A stretch of 61,676 bases of DNA from contig JBEIPA010000029.1 in the NCBI GenBank assembly GCA_040377305.1, positions 1-61,676 on the forward strand. Direction: 5' to 3'. The DNA comes from Flavobacteriales bacterium. GTDB lineage: Bacteria > Bacteroidota > Bacteroidia > Palsa-965. This document shows, piece by piece, positions 17,797 through 27,575 of this stretch. The first letter of the stretch is position 1; each line of letters begins with the position of its first letter. The notes beneath the pieces are model-generated. The model ran no database searches. It saw nothing but the letters and a program-made list of their open reading frames with translations, and had not been told where the DNA came from. A program made the position numbers and the translations under genes.

Positions 17797-19184
17797 ACGT
17801 AATTTGTTTTAGGAATTTTAGTTTCTGCAATCGCATTAAACCCGCCTTTGATTTCAGTAAAGTTCCGGTAGCCTCGCGCCTGCAGTATTGATGCGGCAAT
17901 CATGCTGCGATAACCGCCTGCACAATGCATGAAGAAATGTTTGTCCGGGTTCACATCACGAATCCAATCATTGAGATAGGCGAGTGGTTTGTTCACGGCA
18001 TTGACCACATGTTCTGCATTGAATTCACTTTCTTTTCTGACATCAACAATTTCTGATTGGGAATCCATCAGGATCTCTTCCAGTTGTTGGGCAGAAATAC
18101 GATCCACCGTATCAATTTCTTTTTTGCTGTCGAGCCATGTCTGGTAACCACCTTTGAGTACTCCGAGAACATGATCAAAGCCTACCCGGCTAAGACGCGT
18201 TACAGCCTCTTCCTCTTTACCGACTTCTGTGATTAACAAGATCGGCTGGTTTACATCAATGATTAGCGTACCAACCCACGGAGCAAAATCTCCGGCTAAT
18301 CCGATGTTAATAGAACCCGGAACAAATCCTTTGCTGAATTCATCTGCTGAACGGGTATCAATCATCACTGCTCCTGAAAATTCTGCAGTAGCAGCAAATT
18401 CATCGGCAGACAAGGCTTTCATTCCCTTCGCCAGTACTTCTTCGAAATCTGAGTAACCGAGCTTGTTCATTTTTACGTTCATTCCGAAATAGCCTGGAGG
18501 TGGAGTGAGTCCATCCGTAACAGCTTTTACAAACGCGGCTTTGCTGGGTTGACGCAAAGCATAGTTCATCTGCTTCTGATGACCGAGTGTGTCCACTGTT
18601 TCAGTCATCATATTTTTTCCGCAGGCACTTCCGGCTCCGTGTGCCGGATACACAATTACATCATCAGCAAGCGGCAATATTTTATTGTTCAGACTTTCGT
18701 ACAATAGTCCGGCAAGTTCTTCCTGCGTCATATTCGCTGCTTTTTGAGCAAGGTCAGGACGTCCTACATCACCCAGGAAGAGTGTGTCTCCACTGAAGAT
18801 TGCATGATCTTTTCCATTCTCATCAATGAGCAGGAAGGTCGAACTCTCCATCGTATGCCCGGGCGTGTGAAGCACTTTAATCTTGATTGCACCAAGCTTA
18901 AATATTTGACCATCGCTAGCAGTGATTGCTTTAAATCCCGGCTGTGCAGTTGGACCATACACAATTTCGGCGTCCGTTCTTTTTGCCAGATCTACGTGAC
19001 CTGAAACAAAGTCAGCATGAAAATGTGTTTCAAAAATATATTTCAGCTTTGCATTATCTGCGCTTAAGCGATCGAGGTAAGGTTGTACTTCACGAAGCGG
19101 ATCAATAATCGCTGCTTCACCTTCAGAAGTAATATAGTATGCGCCTTGCGCAAGACATCCGGTATAAATCTGTTCGATTTTCAT
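17781..19184 (-). CDS. MBL-fold hydrolase (persulfide dioxygenase-like) fused to rhodanese domains
   Basis: ETHFHADF, HTPGHT, SGDTLF, PAHGAGSACG; C-terminal HCAGGYRS. Confidence 0.92.
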   Translation of the reverse strand: MKIEQIYTGCLAQGAYYITSEGEAAIIDPLREVQPYLDRLSADNAKLKYIFETHFHADFVSGHVDLAKRTDAEIVYGPTAQPGFKAITASDGQIFKLGAIKIKVLHTPGHTMESSTFLLIDENGKDHAIFSGDTLFLGDVGRPDLAQKAANMTQEELAGLLYESLNNKILPLADDVIVYPAHGAGSACGKNMMTETVDTLGHQKQMNYALRQPSKAAFVKAVTDGLTPPPGYFGMNVKMNKLGYSDFEEVLAKGMKALSADEFAATAEFSGAVMIDTRSADEFSKGFVPGSINIGLAGDFAPWVGTLIIDVNQPILLITEVGKEEEAVTRLSRVGFDHVLGVLKGGYQTWLDSKKEIDTVDRISAQQLEEILMDSQSEIVDVRKESEFNAEHVVNAVNKPLAYLNDWIRDVNPDKHFFMHCAGGYRSMIAASILQARGYRNFTEIKGGFNAIAETKIPKTNYVCQNQ

Positions 19185-19239
19185 ATCGTTGGTGTTTTAT
19201 TTGTGAGTACAAATGTCCGTCTGATTTTATTGTTCTACA

Positions 19240-19253
19240 GTGACATTGGTTAC
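19240..19253. promoter_or_regulatory. Putative Crp/Fnr-type operator GTGAC-N4-GTTAC
   Basis: gtgacattggttac, 30 nt from a degenerate minus-strand -7 box (CAAATGTC at 19210); same geometry as the site at 21113. Confidence 0.55.
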
Positions 19254-20059
19254 ATATCGTGCATGATTCTTATCACTTCCCGGGTTATAATGAAAATGCC
19301 CATCACAAAAATGAACCAACCGAAGAAGGGTTTTAACTTATTACCGTCTATGCGCCGACCCAAAGCGGTTCCTGCGAATACACCTGCCACAGCGAAAGCG
19401 GTTATAGTCAACAATAATTTCCAATCCGTTTGTGAACTTCCGCTCTCCGCAACAAATCCGATGAGCGATTTCACTGAAATAATTACAAGTGATGTACCTA
19501 TTGCAACTTTCATCGGCAGTTTACCCAGAAGTACCAGGGCAGGAACAATGAGGAATCCTCCGCCTGCACCAACCAATCCGGTGAGTGTGCCGACTATTGT
19601 GCCTTCGAGAAAAATCAGCGGGTAATTCAGATTGCCTTTTTTCGCTACCGTCTCCTTCTCTGTTTTTTCTTTTTTGATCATCGCAAAAGAAGCAAACAGC
19701 ATAAGGAGGGCGAACAAGAGTAGCAGAAAAATACTTTTGCTGAATGCTAATTCGTTCAGCGTAAAAATCGGATCGGGCAGGGTAGGCAGAAGCCATGCTC
19801 TGGTCGCAAATACAGCAGCTACAGAAGGTATACCGAAGATGATTGCGGTTCTGTAGTCAATCTCTTTGCTTCGGAAATACGAACCCGAACCAACTCCGCT
19901 GGTTATACCAACGATGAACAGTGACCACGCTGTAGCGGTCACTGCATCCAATCCGAAAAGATAATAGAGTACGGGAACCGTAAGGACACTTCCTCCTCCG
20001 CCTATTAAACCGAGGGCGACACCAATGAGTGCTGAAGCAAAGTATCCGGCAATTTCCAT
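19250..20059 (-). CDS. Sulfite exporter TauE/SafE (TSUP) family protein
   Basis: GLIGGGGSVLTVP, GLVGAGGGFLIVP, AIGTSL. Confidence 0.92.
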   Translation of the reverse strand: MEIAGYFASALIGVALGLIGGGGSVLTVPVLYYLFGLDAVTATAWSLFIVGITSGVGSGSYFRSKEIDYRTAIIFGIPSVAAVFATRAWLLPTLPDPIFTLNELAFSKSIFLLLLFALLMLFASFAMIKKEKTEKETVAKKGNLNYPLIFLEGTIVGTLTGLVGAGGGFLIVPALVLLGKLPMKVAIGTSLVIISVKSLIGFVAESGSSQTDWKLLLTITAFAVAGVFAGTALGRRIDGNKLKPFFGWFIFVMGIFIITREVIRIMHDM

Positions 20060-20061
20060 GT

Positions 20062-20373
20062 TTATAATTTTCGTTGAAGGCTCATCCAGCCGCCTCCATT
20101 GTACACCTCGTTATATCCCCGGGATTTCAGGATTCCTTTTGCACTCGCACTTCGCATTCCTGATGCGCAACAGGTGATCACCGGTTTGTCTTTCTTGATC
20201 TTCGATAATTTCGATTCAAGATTGTTCAAAGGAATATTGATCGAGCCGCGAATGTGACCCGATTGAAATTCGGATGGCGTGCGTACATCAATGATCTGTG
20301 CTCCGTCTTTAACGAGTTGTGTATAGTCGACTCCGGGACCAAGCCCGAGTAATTCTTTGATTTTATTTAGCAT
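20062..20373 (-). CDS. Rhodanese-like domain protein
   Basis: IIDVRTPSEFQSGHI, CCASGMRS, YNGGGW. Confidence 0.92.
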   Translation of the reverse strand: MLNKIKELLGLGPGVDYTQLVKDGAQIIDVRTPSEFQSGHIRGSINIPLNNLESKLSKIKKDKPVITCCASGMRSASAKGILKSRGYNEVYNGGGWMSLQRKL

Positions 20374-20385
20374 TGCTCTGTAAGA

Positions 20386-20658
20386 TTAAATTTTGGAATT
20401 GACTTCGAACCAGGAACCGCCGTTTACACACTCGATACCCTGTTGTGACAGATAACGCTCCGCCTGACCGCTGCGATTTCCGGAAGCACAACACAGCACT
20501 AACGGTTGTTTCATGCTTTTCAATTGGTCGAGGTGCGTAGTAATTTCCTGCAATGGAATATTGACAGAACCTTTTACATGTCCGCCCATAAATTCACCTC
20601 GGCTGCGAACATCGATGATAGCAGAATGGTTCTCCTGGATTAATGTTTTAAGATTCAT
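20386..20658 (-). CDS. Rhodanese-like domain protein
   Basis: IIDVRSRGEFMGGH, CCASGNRSG; start moved to MNLKTL (ATG 20658). Confidence 0.88.
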   Translation of the reverse strand: MNLKTLIQENHSAIIDVRSRGEFMGGHVKGSVNIPLQEITTHLDQLKSMKQPLVLCCASGNRSGQAERYLSQQGIECVNGGSWFEVNSKI

Positions 20659-20866
20659 TTTCTTGTTTTTTTGAAATGTTAGGTTTTCGAAAAAGATCAA
20701 AGAATAAACCACCCAATATTGCACCGTAGATTGTGCTGTTGACCGGGTTGGATGTAATGGCACATGTTCCGCTTGCACAACCTACGAATGTGTAGTATGC
20801 ATATCCACCCATCGCACCCACAATTACTCCCACAATGATCAATCTGTATTTCAACAGGATCTTCAT
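20648..20866 (-). CDS. DUF6132-family small membrane protein
   Basis: GGYAYYTFVGCASGTCAITSNP..STIYG motif. Confidence 0.8.
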   Translation of the reverse strand: MKILLKYRLIIVGVIVGAMGGYAYYTFVGCASGTCAITSNPVNSTIYGAILGGLFFDLFRKPNISKKQENES

Positions 20867-21063
20867 CGCTTGCAGGTGTTAATTCCAAACAAAATGTAGA
20901 GTGGACAAAATCCCAGAAGACTGGTAAGCAGAAATACACCCGACAACACCATCAATACAATTCCCGTTGTTCCAGGAATAACTCCTGTGAAAAACAAAAT
21001 GATTAATACAATCGCGAGAATAGTTCGTACAATTCTGTCGGTTAATCCCATGTTCTTTTTCAT
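20863..21063 (-). CDS. DUF2892 / YgaP-like membrane protein
   Basis: MKKNMG.TDRIVR...TSLLGFCPLY.LFGINTC. Confidence 0.9.
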   Translation of the reverse strand: MKKNMGLTDRIVRTILAIVLIILFFTGVIPGTTGIVLMVLSGVFLLTSLLGFCPLYILFGINTCKR

Positions 21064-21112
21064 AACTAGCTGTTTGTTTATACAAATTTCGGTAGGGTAA
21101 ACCGGCTGTACA

Positions 21113-21126
21113 GCTACTTATGTTAC
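21113..21126. promoter_or_regulatory. Putative Crp/Fnr-type operator GCTAC-N4-GTTAC
   Basis: gctacttatgttac, 30 nt from degenerate -7 box CAAATTTC (21083), directly downstream of the Crp/Fnr gene. Confidence 0.5.
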
Positions 21127-21134
21127 ATAAGAGA

Positions 21135-21758
21135 TCAAATCAATGTTATGCGGTTTCTGCCGAGTTGAACCAAACCATCTTCTTCCATCCGTTTGAGAAG
21201 TCGTGACACAACCACCCGTGCGGTTCCGAGTTCGTTCGCTAATTGTTCGTGTGTAATGTTGAGTGTCTGGATTTTCGTAAGGGCAACGCGTCTTTGAATA
21301 AACTCCAGGATGCGTTCATCCATTTTCTTAAAGGCAATGGCATTTACAACATCCAGCAGTTCTTCAAATCGTTTATGATAGAGACGAAAGATATACTCCA
21401 GCCATTCCGGATAATCCTTCATCATGGTGATCACTTTTTCCATGGGCACAAACAGAACTTCGGTTTGCTCTTCTGCTATTGCCTTTACTTTGCTCGTAGC
21501 GTGATGCAAGCCGCCCAACAAGGACATGATGCAACTTTCTCCGGAGCGGATATAGTAAAGCAATATTTCACGTCCTTCTGAATCAGTACGAAGTACGCGT
21601 ATACTTCCACTGGTGACAATCGGTATTGCCCGGATGTGTTGGTTCTCATTCAGAATAATGTCGCCTTCAACAAAATTCTTTCGCGTTCCTGCAGCAGCAA
21701 GTCGGGCAACTAGTTCGCTCGACCGTTCAAATTCTCCTGTTTCGATATTTACCGTCAT
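21135..21758 (-). CDS. Crp/Fnr family transcriptional regulator
   Basis: GREILLYYIRSGESCIMS; HTH ITHEQLANELGTARVVVSRLLK. Start set at MTVNIET. Confidence 0.92.
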   Translation of the reverse strand: MTVNIETGEFERSSELVARLAAAGTRKNFVEGDIILNENQHIRAIPIVTSGSIRVLRTDSEGREILLYYIRSGESCIMSLLGGLHHATSKVKAIAEEQTEVLFVPMEKVITMMKDYPEWLEYIFRLYHKRFEELLDVVNAIAFKKMDERILEFIQRRVALTKIQTLNITHEQLANELGTARVVVSRLLKRMEEDGLVQLGRNRITLI

Positions 21759-21896
21759 GATTGCAATTTGACGGAAAGATACAAACGGGATGAGGACAAA
21801 TTTCACAAACTGACGATAGTCCTCTGTTCACATGACCTGTATCAGTTTATGGATTTGCGAACAGTGTCACCACGAAAATCAAGTCATCTGGACGTG

Positions 21897-23210
21897 TTAA
21901 GAAGAAATCTCCATTTTGACCTTCCGACCTTTGATTTTCTCCTCTTTGATCAATTGTAAAGTGCGCGCAAGTTTGTCCGCTTTCACTGCTGCGTATGCGG
22001 AATAATCCAGCACTTCGATTTTACCGAGTTCGTCTTTCTGCAACTGACCTTTCTGCAACAGCATGCCGACAATATCCATTTTGTTGATCTTGTCTTTTTT
22101 TCCGGCACCGATGTACAGCGTCTTCCATTCCGTCGAAGGGCGCATCATCATTTCGTGAGGGAGATGCTCTTCTTTGGGTTTCGTTTTGAGAAACTCCGGC
22201 AGATGTTCGTCTTTATCGATCAGGAAGTAGGCTGTTCCGCTTGCGTTCATGCGTGCAGTCCGGCCATTGCGGTGAATCATGACATCTTCCGTTGCCGGCA
22301 TTTGGTAGTGAATGATTGCTTCAATTTCAGGAATGTCCAGTCCACGCGATGCAAGATCGGTTGAGATCAACAAATCTATACTTCCGTTGCGGAGCTTGAT
22401 GAGCACTTTCTCACGATCGATCTGTTCCAGTCCACCATGATAAAACCCATGCTCAATGCTGTACTCACTCAGTTGCTCAGAAATACGCATCACAACTTCG
22501 CGGTGATTGCAGAAAACGATCGTTGATTTCGCGCCGATCACTCCAAGCAGGAACATCAGGGCTTCGATCTTGTCATCGCCGGTTACGCGAACGGTTTTCA
22601 TTTCCAGCGCCGACTTCATCTGAGGATGTGCGGTTGTGAAATTCAAAACAACGCTGTTCGTTAATCCAACGAAAGCCGGGATTTCCTTCAGCTCGGTGGC
22701 AGAAATCAAAATCCGTTTCGATAGTCGCTTGCAGTGAGACAGAATGAATTCCATTTCTTCCGCGAAACCGAACTCCAGAGATTTGTCGAACTCGTCGAGG
22801 ATCAATGTACTGGCTGAGCTCAATGATAGATTCTTTCTCCGCAAGTGATGTCCGATTCTTCCTGGCGTGCCTACAAGAACCGCCGGAGGATGTTTCAGAT
22901 TATTCTCTTCAACGCCAACAGCATGTCCGCCATAACAGCAGTTGATCTTGAACGCTGTGCCCATTTGTTTGAACACTTTCTCGATCTGAATGGCGAGCTC
23001 ACGTGTAGGAACAAGGATGAGCACCTGAACATGTTCTGATTCTTCATTCAGCAACTGCAACAGAGGCAGGAGGAAAGCCAGTGTTTTTCCGGAACCGGTT
23101 GGAGAAATGAGAACAACGTCGTTGGGTTTTGGAATTGCATCGAGCGCTGCTTTCTGCATTTCGTTCAGCTCGGTGATTCCGAAATGAGAAAGGATGGTCG
23201 TGTAATTCAT
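21897..23210 (-). CDS. dbpA: DEAD-box RNA helicase with DbpA RNA-binding domain
   Basis: SPTGSGKT, PTRELA, DEFD, SAT, SRGLDI, HRNGRTAR; C-terminal GKKDKINKMDIVG. Confidence 0.85.
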   Translation of the reverse strand: MNYTTILSHFGITELNEMQKAALDAIPKPNDVVLISPTGSGKTLAFLLPLLQLLNEESEHVQVLILVPTRELAIQIEKVFKQMGTAFKINCCYGGHAVGVEENNLKHPPAVLVGTPGRIGHHLRRKNLSLSSASTLILDEFDKSLEFGFAEEMEFILSHCKRLSKRILISATELKEIPAFVGLTNSVVLNFTTAHPQMKSALEMKTVRVTGDDKIEALMFLLGVIGAKSTIVFCNHREVVMRISEQLSEYSIEHGFYHGGLEQIDREKVLIKLRNGSIDLLISTDLASRGLDIPEIEAIIHYQMPATEDVMIHRNGRTARMNASGTAYFLIDKDEHLPEFLKTKPKEEHLPHEMMMRPSTEWKTLYIGAGKKDKINKMDIVGMLLQKGQLQKDELGKIEVLDYSAYAAVKADKLARTLQLIKEEKIKGRKVKMEISS

Positions 23211-23219
23211 AAGTTCAAG

Positions 23220-24740
23220 TTAATAGTATTCATAAGTAAACTCGGTTTTTGAATCCAGTTTTCCGTACAGGAATACTTCTTTGAGGATCAATAAACCGTT
23301 CTTGTTATACGTGTATTTTGTGAGGCGAACGTCAGGACCAACACTTGAGTTTAAGATTTTGCCCCGACTATCATAGTTGGTGGTTAACGTAAACGAACCA
23401 TTTGATTCGATATGTGTTTTTAATTTTCCATTCTTGTGGTACGCAAAAGTTTCATTGTGGGTTCTGGTTGGTTCCCAGAGGGTGTATTCAAGCGGATGGC
23501 CTTTCTTGTCATACTTCCCGGTCATTCTTGATGATTCCTTTCCATCCTTGGTCATAACCCATGATAATGTCTGTCCGCTTTTGTTGTAATATCTTATTCC
23601 ACTGGAAATTGAAGTGTCACCGATTATGCGTCCGGATGTATCGGTGATGTAAGTTTTTGAGAAGCCTTCAGCGTAACTACTGTCGCCATGAATTCTGTTA
23701 TAGCTCTCCATGACAGATATAGACTGACCAGATGAATAGTCGAGAAATCGGGATGTCATGATGGTATCGCGCCCTTGAATTTCCAGGGTATGATGCTGTA
23801 TCCACCGGGGGCGACCATCTTCAACTCTCATTTCCAGGGAGTCGATTGCACCTGATGGAGAGAATTTTCTCCGCGTACTGCGTTTCACAATTCCATCGCC
23901 GGTTTTTTCTACGTGTTCAATTTCACGACCCTCGTGATCGTATTTGAATTGTGTCCAGTGTGCGGATGTATCTGTGCCGGTTTTATTGTATGTAACTGTT
24001 TCAATTCCGATCTCCAACTGGCGACCTTCAGCATCATAAATGTAAGAGGTCCGGCTATCGGAAGTCATCGTTCCTTCATAGTCGTATTTCTCAGTGCGAA
24101 TGCAATCTCCGCTGTCGTTGTAATTATTAATGATTTTTTCGTAGAAGGAGGTAGTGGTGTCGGTTGATAAAGATCCGTCCGGACGAATAATCCACACGGT
24201 CCTGGCGCCATTGGCGGTTTCAACTATCCGCGCCGACGAATCTTTGTCATACGTTACATATCTTTCATAACCCAACTCACCGTAGTAATATGAAATCGTA
24301 CGAATTTCAATACCGCGAGAATAGAGTACACTATTCACAAGATTAGAATTGTTCAGCATGGAATCCAGATCGCCAGCTTTCAATGCATGCGGTTCGTTCT
24401 CCTGATAATAGTCCGGATCTTTTCGCTCGTACATATTTCTTTCCGCGAGTTCGCCATTCAAGGAATCAAAGCGAAATGTTTGCAGCCGATATTTATTCCT
24501 CTCCGCAACAACACGGCCCTTCCGGTCATAAACGTAATATTCTCCGAACTCCGAAGTTGTATCACCGTCAAAGCTGTATTCATAAATTACGGATGCGGAA
24601 GACTTCACGCCAAGACGTTTCGCTTCTTTTGGAGCAAGGCGAAAGCTATCACGCTCTTCCTCATTGCCGGATTGACCGAAGCAGAAATCCGCAGACAGAA
24701 GACAAAACAGGAAAATAGCTGTTCTGGAACACCTGCGCAT
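23220..24740 (-). CDS. Secreted YD/RHS-like repeat protein
   Basis: Signal peptide from MRRCSR (ATG 24740); many YDxxGR-type repeats (YDRKGR, YDAEGR, YDHEGR, YDKKGH, YDSRGK); ends FTYEYY. Confidence 0.7.
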   Translation of the reverse strand: MRRCSRTAIFLFCLLSADFCFGQSGNEEERDSFRLAPKEAKRLGVKSSASVIYEYSFDGDTTSEFGEYYVYDRKGRVVAERNKYRLQTFRFDSLNGELAERNMYERKDPDYYQENEPHALKAGDLDSMLNNSNLVNSVLYSRGIEIRTISYYYGELGYERYVTYDKDSSARIVETANGARTVWIIRPDGSLSTDTTTSFYEKIINNYNDSGDCIRTEKYDYEGTMTSDSRTSYIYDAEGRQLEIGIETVTYNKTGTDTSAHWTQFKYDHEGREIEHVEKTGDGIVKRSTRRKFSPSGAIDSLEMRVEDGRPRWIQHHTLEIQGRDTIMTSRFLDYSSGQSISVMESYNRIHGDSSYAEGFSKTYITDTSGRIIGDTSISSGIRYYNKSGQTLSWVMTKDGKESSRMTGKYDKKGHPLEYTLWEPTRTHNETFAYHKNGKLKTHIESNGSFTLTTNYDSRGKILNSSVGPDVRLTKYTYNKNGLLILKEVFLYGKLDSKTEFTYEYY

Positions 24741-24759
24741 TATTTTACAAAACATCAAC

Positions 24760-27375
24760 TTATGCTCCCCGTTCCTTATCCAGGTACGACTGCACCACAT
24801 CTATTGCGTTGTCGATAACATCACTCAACGCCGTGATAAATGCACCCGGTGTTGCCATGGTAAATGCGTGATGAAGCGCATCAATTTCCTTCGGAACATA
24901 TTCGTAGGATTGTTTCGGGTTTTCTGCCTGAATTCCTTCTACGAGTAAGCGAACAATCTCTTCTGCTTGTCTTCCGCGAAGGAATTTATCCTGGCGGATG
25001 ATGATGTGATCGAACATCTGTGCAGAGATTTTTCCCATTGCACGAATGTCATCATCGCGACGATCTCCTGTGCCGGTAATGATTCCGATTTTAATCGGAG
25101 AATCAATCGTAGTCAGGAATTCCTTGATGCCTTTGAATCCATCCGGATTGTGAGCGAAGTCAATCATCACCGTGTATTCCTTGAATTCGAAGATGTTCAT
25201 TCGTCCCGGCGTTTGTGCTGCCGATGGAATAAATGTCTGAAGATTGAGCTTGATGTCTTCAATCGTAAATCCGTAAACGTATGTAGCCAGTGTTGCGGCA
25301 AGAACGTTGTACACCATGAACGTTACAGTTCCTCCGAACGTGAGTGGAATCAGCGTAGCTTTCTCTACCCGGAATTTCCAGTCGCCTTTCTTAATGGTGA
25401 TGAAACCTTCCTCGTAGATGGCAGCAATTCCACCGGTTCTGCAATGCTCGCGGATGATCGGATTATTTTCATCGATGCTGAAATATGCGACTTTGCAATC
25501 GAGCGTTTTGGCGATCGATACGCAATGCGGATTATCGGCGTTGAGTACCGTGTAACCATCACGCTTCACAGCACGCGCCACAACACCTTTTACAGTTGCC
25601 ATCTCAGCAAGCGTGTTGATGTCGGACAAGCCCATGTGATCTTCCTGTATGTTCGTTACCACCGCAACATCGCAGCGACCGAAACCTAATCCGGCACGAA
25701 GAATTCCTCCTCGCGCAGTTTCAAGCACAGCAAATTCAACTGTTGGATCTTTAAGAACGAATTCTGCACTCGCCGGACCAGTTGTATCGCCTTTGGTGAG
25801 CATAGAGTTCTGCACATAGATTCCGTCTGACGTTGTATAGCCAACACGATAACCGTTGTTCTTCACAATGTGTGCAATGAGTCGGGTAGTGGTGGTCTTT
25901 CCGTTTGTGCCGGTAATAGCGATGATAGGAATCCTGCACGACTTTCCTGGAGGATATAACATATCGAGTACAGGTGCAGCAACGTTGCGCGGTAATCCAT
26001 TCGCAGGTGCAAGGTGCATTCGGAATCCGGGAGCGGCATTTACTTCGAGAACAACCCCGCCCGAAGTCTGTAATGGCTCGCTGAGATTGGACGCCATGAT
26101 GTCAATTCCGCAAAGATCGAGTCCGATTACACGGGAAATTCTTTCGCAGATGAAAATATTATGCGGGTGAACTATGTCAGTTACGTCTGTAGAAGTTCCG
26201 CCAGTACTCAAATTGGCAGTTCCTTTCAGGTAACATTTTTCATCCTTCTTGAGTACGGTTTCGAGTGTGTAGCCGACTTTCACCAATTGATCTTCCGTTT
26301 CCCGGTCGATGGTGATTTCAGTCAGTACATTTTCATGCCCATATCCACGACGCGGATCTTTGTTCTCCGTATCGATGAGTTGCTGTATCGTTGATTTTCC
26401 ATCGCCCACCACGTGTGCAGGTTCGCGTAATGCGGCTGCTATGAAACGGTGATTGATGATGAGCACACGAAAGTCATAACCCGTGATAAAACTTTCTACG
26501 ATAATTCTTCGGGAATATTTTTTCGCGTGATGAAATGCTTCGATAGCTTCCTCAGTAGTTTTCACATTGATTGAAGCACCTTTGCCGTGATTGCCATCGA
26601 GTGGTTTGAACACCAATGGAAATCCGATGTTGGCGATTACATCATGCACCTGTTCTTCCGAGCTGATGCAATCTCCTTTTGCAACCGGAATTGCCGCTTC
26701 TTTCAAAAGACGCTTCGTTTCGTCTTTGTTACTTGCAATATCGACTGCGATTGAACTGGTACGATCTGTCATTGTTGCACGGAAGCGAACCTGATTCTTT
26801 CCGTATCCAAGCTGAACCAGTGAATCTTTGTTCAGGCGGATGAAAGGAATATCGCGGGCCACGGCTTCATCAACAATACTACCGGTGCTTGGTCCGAAAC
26901 GTTCACGCTCGCGCATTTGTCGCATTACACGAACATATTCGTCGAGATCAATTTCGGTGTTGTTCACCAAAGCTTCGGCAATCTGTACAGATGCTTTTGC
27001 TGCATACACGCCTACATTTTCTTCCATATAGGAGAAAACGACATGATATACACCCGGACTTCCGGTTCCTCGGGTACGTCCGTAGCCACAATCCATCCCC
27101 GCAAGTGTCTGTATTTCAAGTGCAATGTGTTCAATCACATGTCCCATCCAGGTTCCTTCGTCAACCCGCTCGAAAAAGCCTCCATCGTGTCCTTTTGAAC
27201 AACGGTGCGTCAACATTCCCGGAAACATAGTACGAAGTCGATCGCCAAATCCTTCAATGAGATTGGTCGGTTTCTCTTCCAAATCTTCCAGATCGAGCTT
27301 CATCACGATCAGTTTCTTTCTGTAATTCGACCAGTAGTTAGGTCCCCGCAGTGTCTTTATCTCAACGATTTTCAT
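24760..27375 (-). CDS. cphA: Cyanophycin synthetase CphA1
   Basis: LRGPNYWS; Cx19HxxEH N-domain motif; ATP-grasp KPLDGNHGKG, EVNAAPGFRMHLAP; Mur-ligase-like ITGTNGKTTT, ETARGG, DFAHNPDG. Confidence 0.97.
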   Translation of the reverse strand: MKIVEIKTLRGPNYWSNYRKKLIVMKLDLEDLEEKPTNLIEGFGDRLRTMFPGMLTHRCSKGHDGGFFERVDEGTWMGHVIEHIALEIQTLAGMDCGYGRTRGTGSPGVYHVVFSYMEENVGVYAAKASVQIAEALVNNTEIDLDEYVRVMRQMRERERFGPSTGSIVDEAVARDIPFIRLNKDSLVQLGYGKNQVRFRATMTDRTSSIAVDIASNKDETKRLLKEAAIPVAKGDCISSEEQVHDVIANIGFPLVFKPLDGNHGKGASINVKTTEEAIEAFHHAKKYSRRIIVESFITGYDFRVLIINHRFIAAALREPAHVVGDGKSTIQQLIDTENKDPRRGYGHENVLTEITIDRETEDQLVKVGYTLETVLKKDEKCYLKGTANLSTGGTSTDVTDIVHPHNIFICERISRVIGLDLCGIDIMASNLSEPLQTSGGVVLEVNAAPGFRMHLAPANGLPRNVAAPVLDMLYPPGKSCRIPIIAITGTNGKTTTTRLIAHIVKNNGYRVGYTTSDGIYVQNSMLTKGDTTGPASAEFVLKDPTVEFAVLETARGGILRAGLGFGRCDVAVVTNIQEDHMGLSDINTLAEMATVKGVVARAVKRDGYTVLNADNPHCVSIAKTLDCKVAYFSIDENNPIIREHCRTGGIAAIYEEGFITIKKGDWKFRVEKATLIPLTFGGTVTFMVYNVLAATLATYVYGFTIEDIKLNLQTFIPSAAQTPGRMNIFEFKEYTVMIDFAHNPDGFKGIKEFLTTIDSPIKIGIITGTGDRRDDDIRAMGKISAQMFDHIIIRQDKFLRGRQAEEIVRLLVEGIQAENPKQSYEYVPKEIDALHHAFTMATPGAFITALSDVIDNAIDVVQSYLDKERGA

Positions 27376-27487
27376 GTCTATTCTTCAATTTTCATGAATA
27401 TAGCCTTTGTTTTTATATAAACATTCTGCTGTTGGGTAATAAGTGATAAGAGAGCATATTCCGGCCTCGGATGATTGGCAATAAGCG

Positions 27488-27495
27488 TAAATTTG
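27488..27495 (+). promoter_or_regulatory. -7 box TAAATTTG in the divergent cphA/cphB intergenic region
   Basis: TAnnTTTG about 80 nt upstream of the cphB ATG. Confidence 0.45.
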
Positions 27496-27575
27496 TCTAA
27501 CCATTTTAGCTGAAAAATGAAATCTTTTCGCATGCAGTCAGAAATGACGAATTCGAACCTTTATCGTGTTATCCA

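Noticed and set aside
23220-24740. RHS polymorphic toxin
   Set aside because: No RHS core DPxG cleavage motif, toxin tip or immunity gene.
24967-25689. Long antisense ORFs (also 45034-45843, 11042-11680, 1017-1547, 54528-55046)
   Set aside because: Shadows of well-supported genes on the opposite strand.
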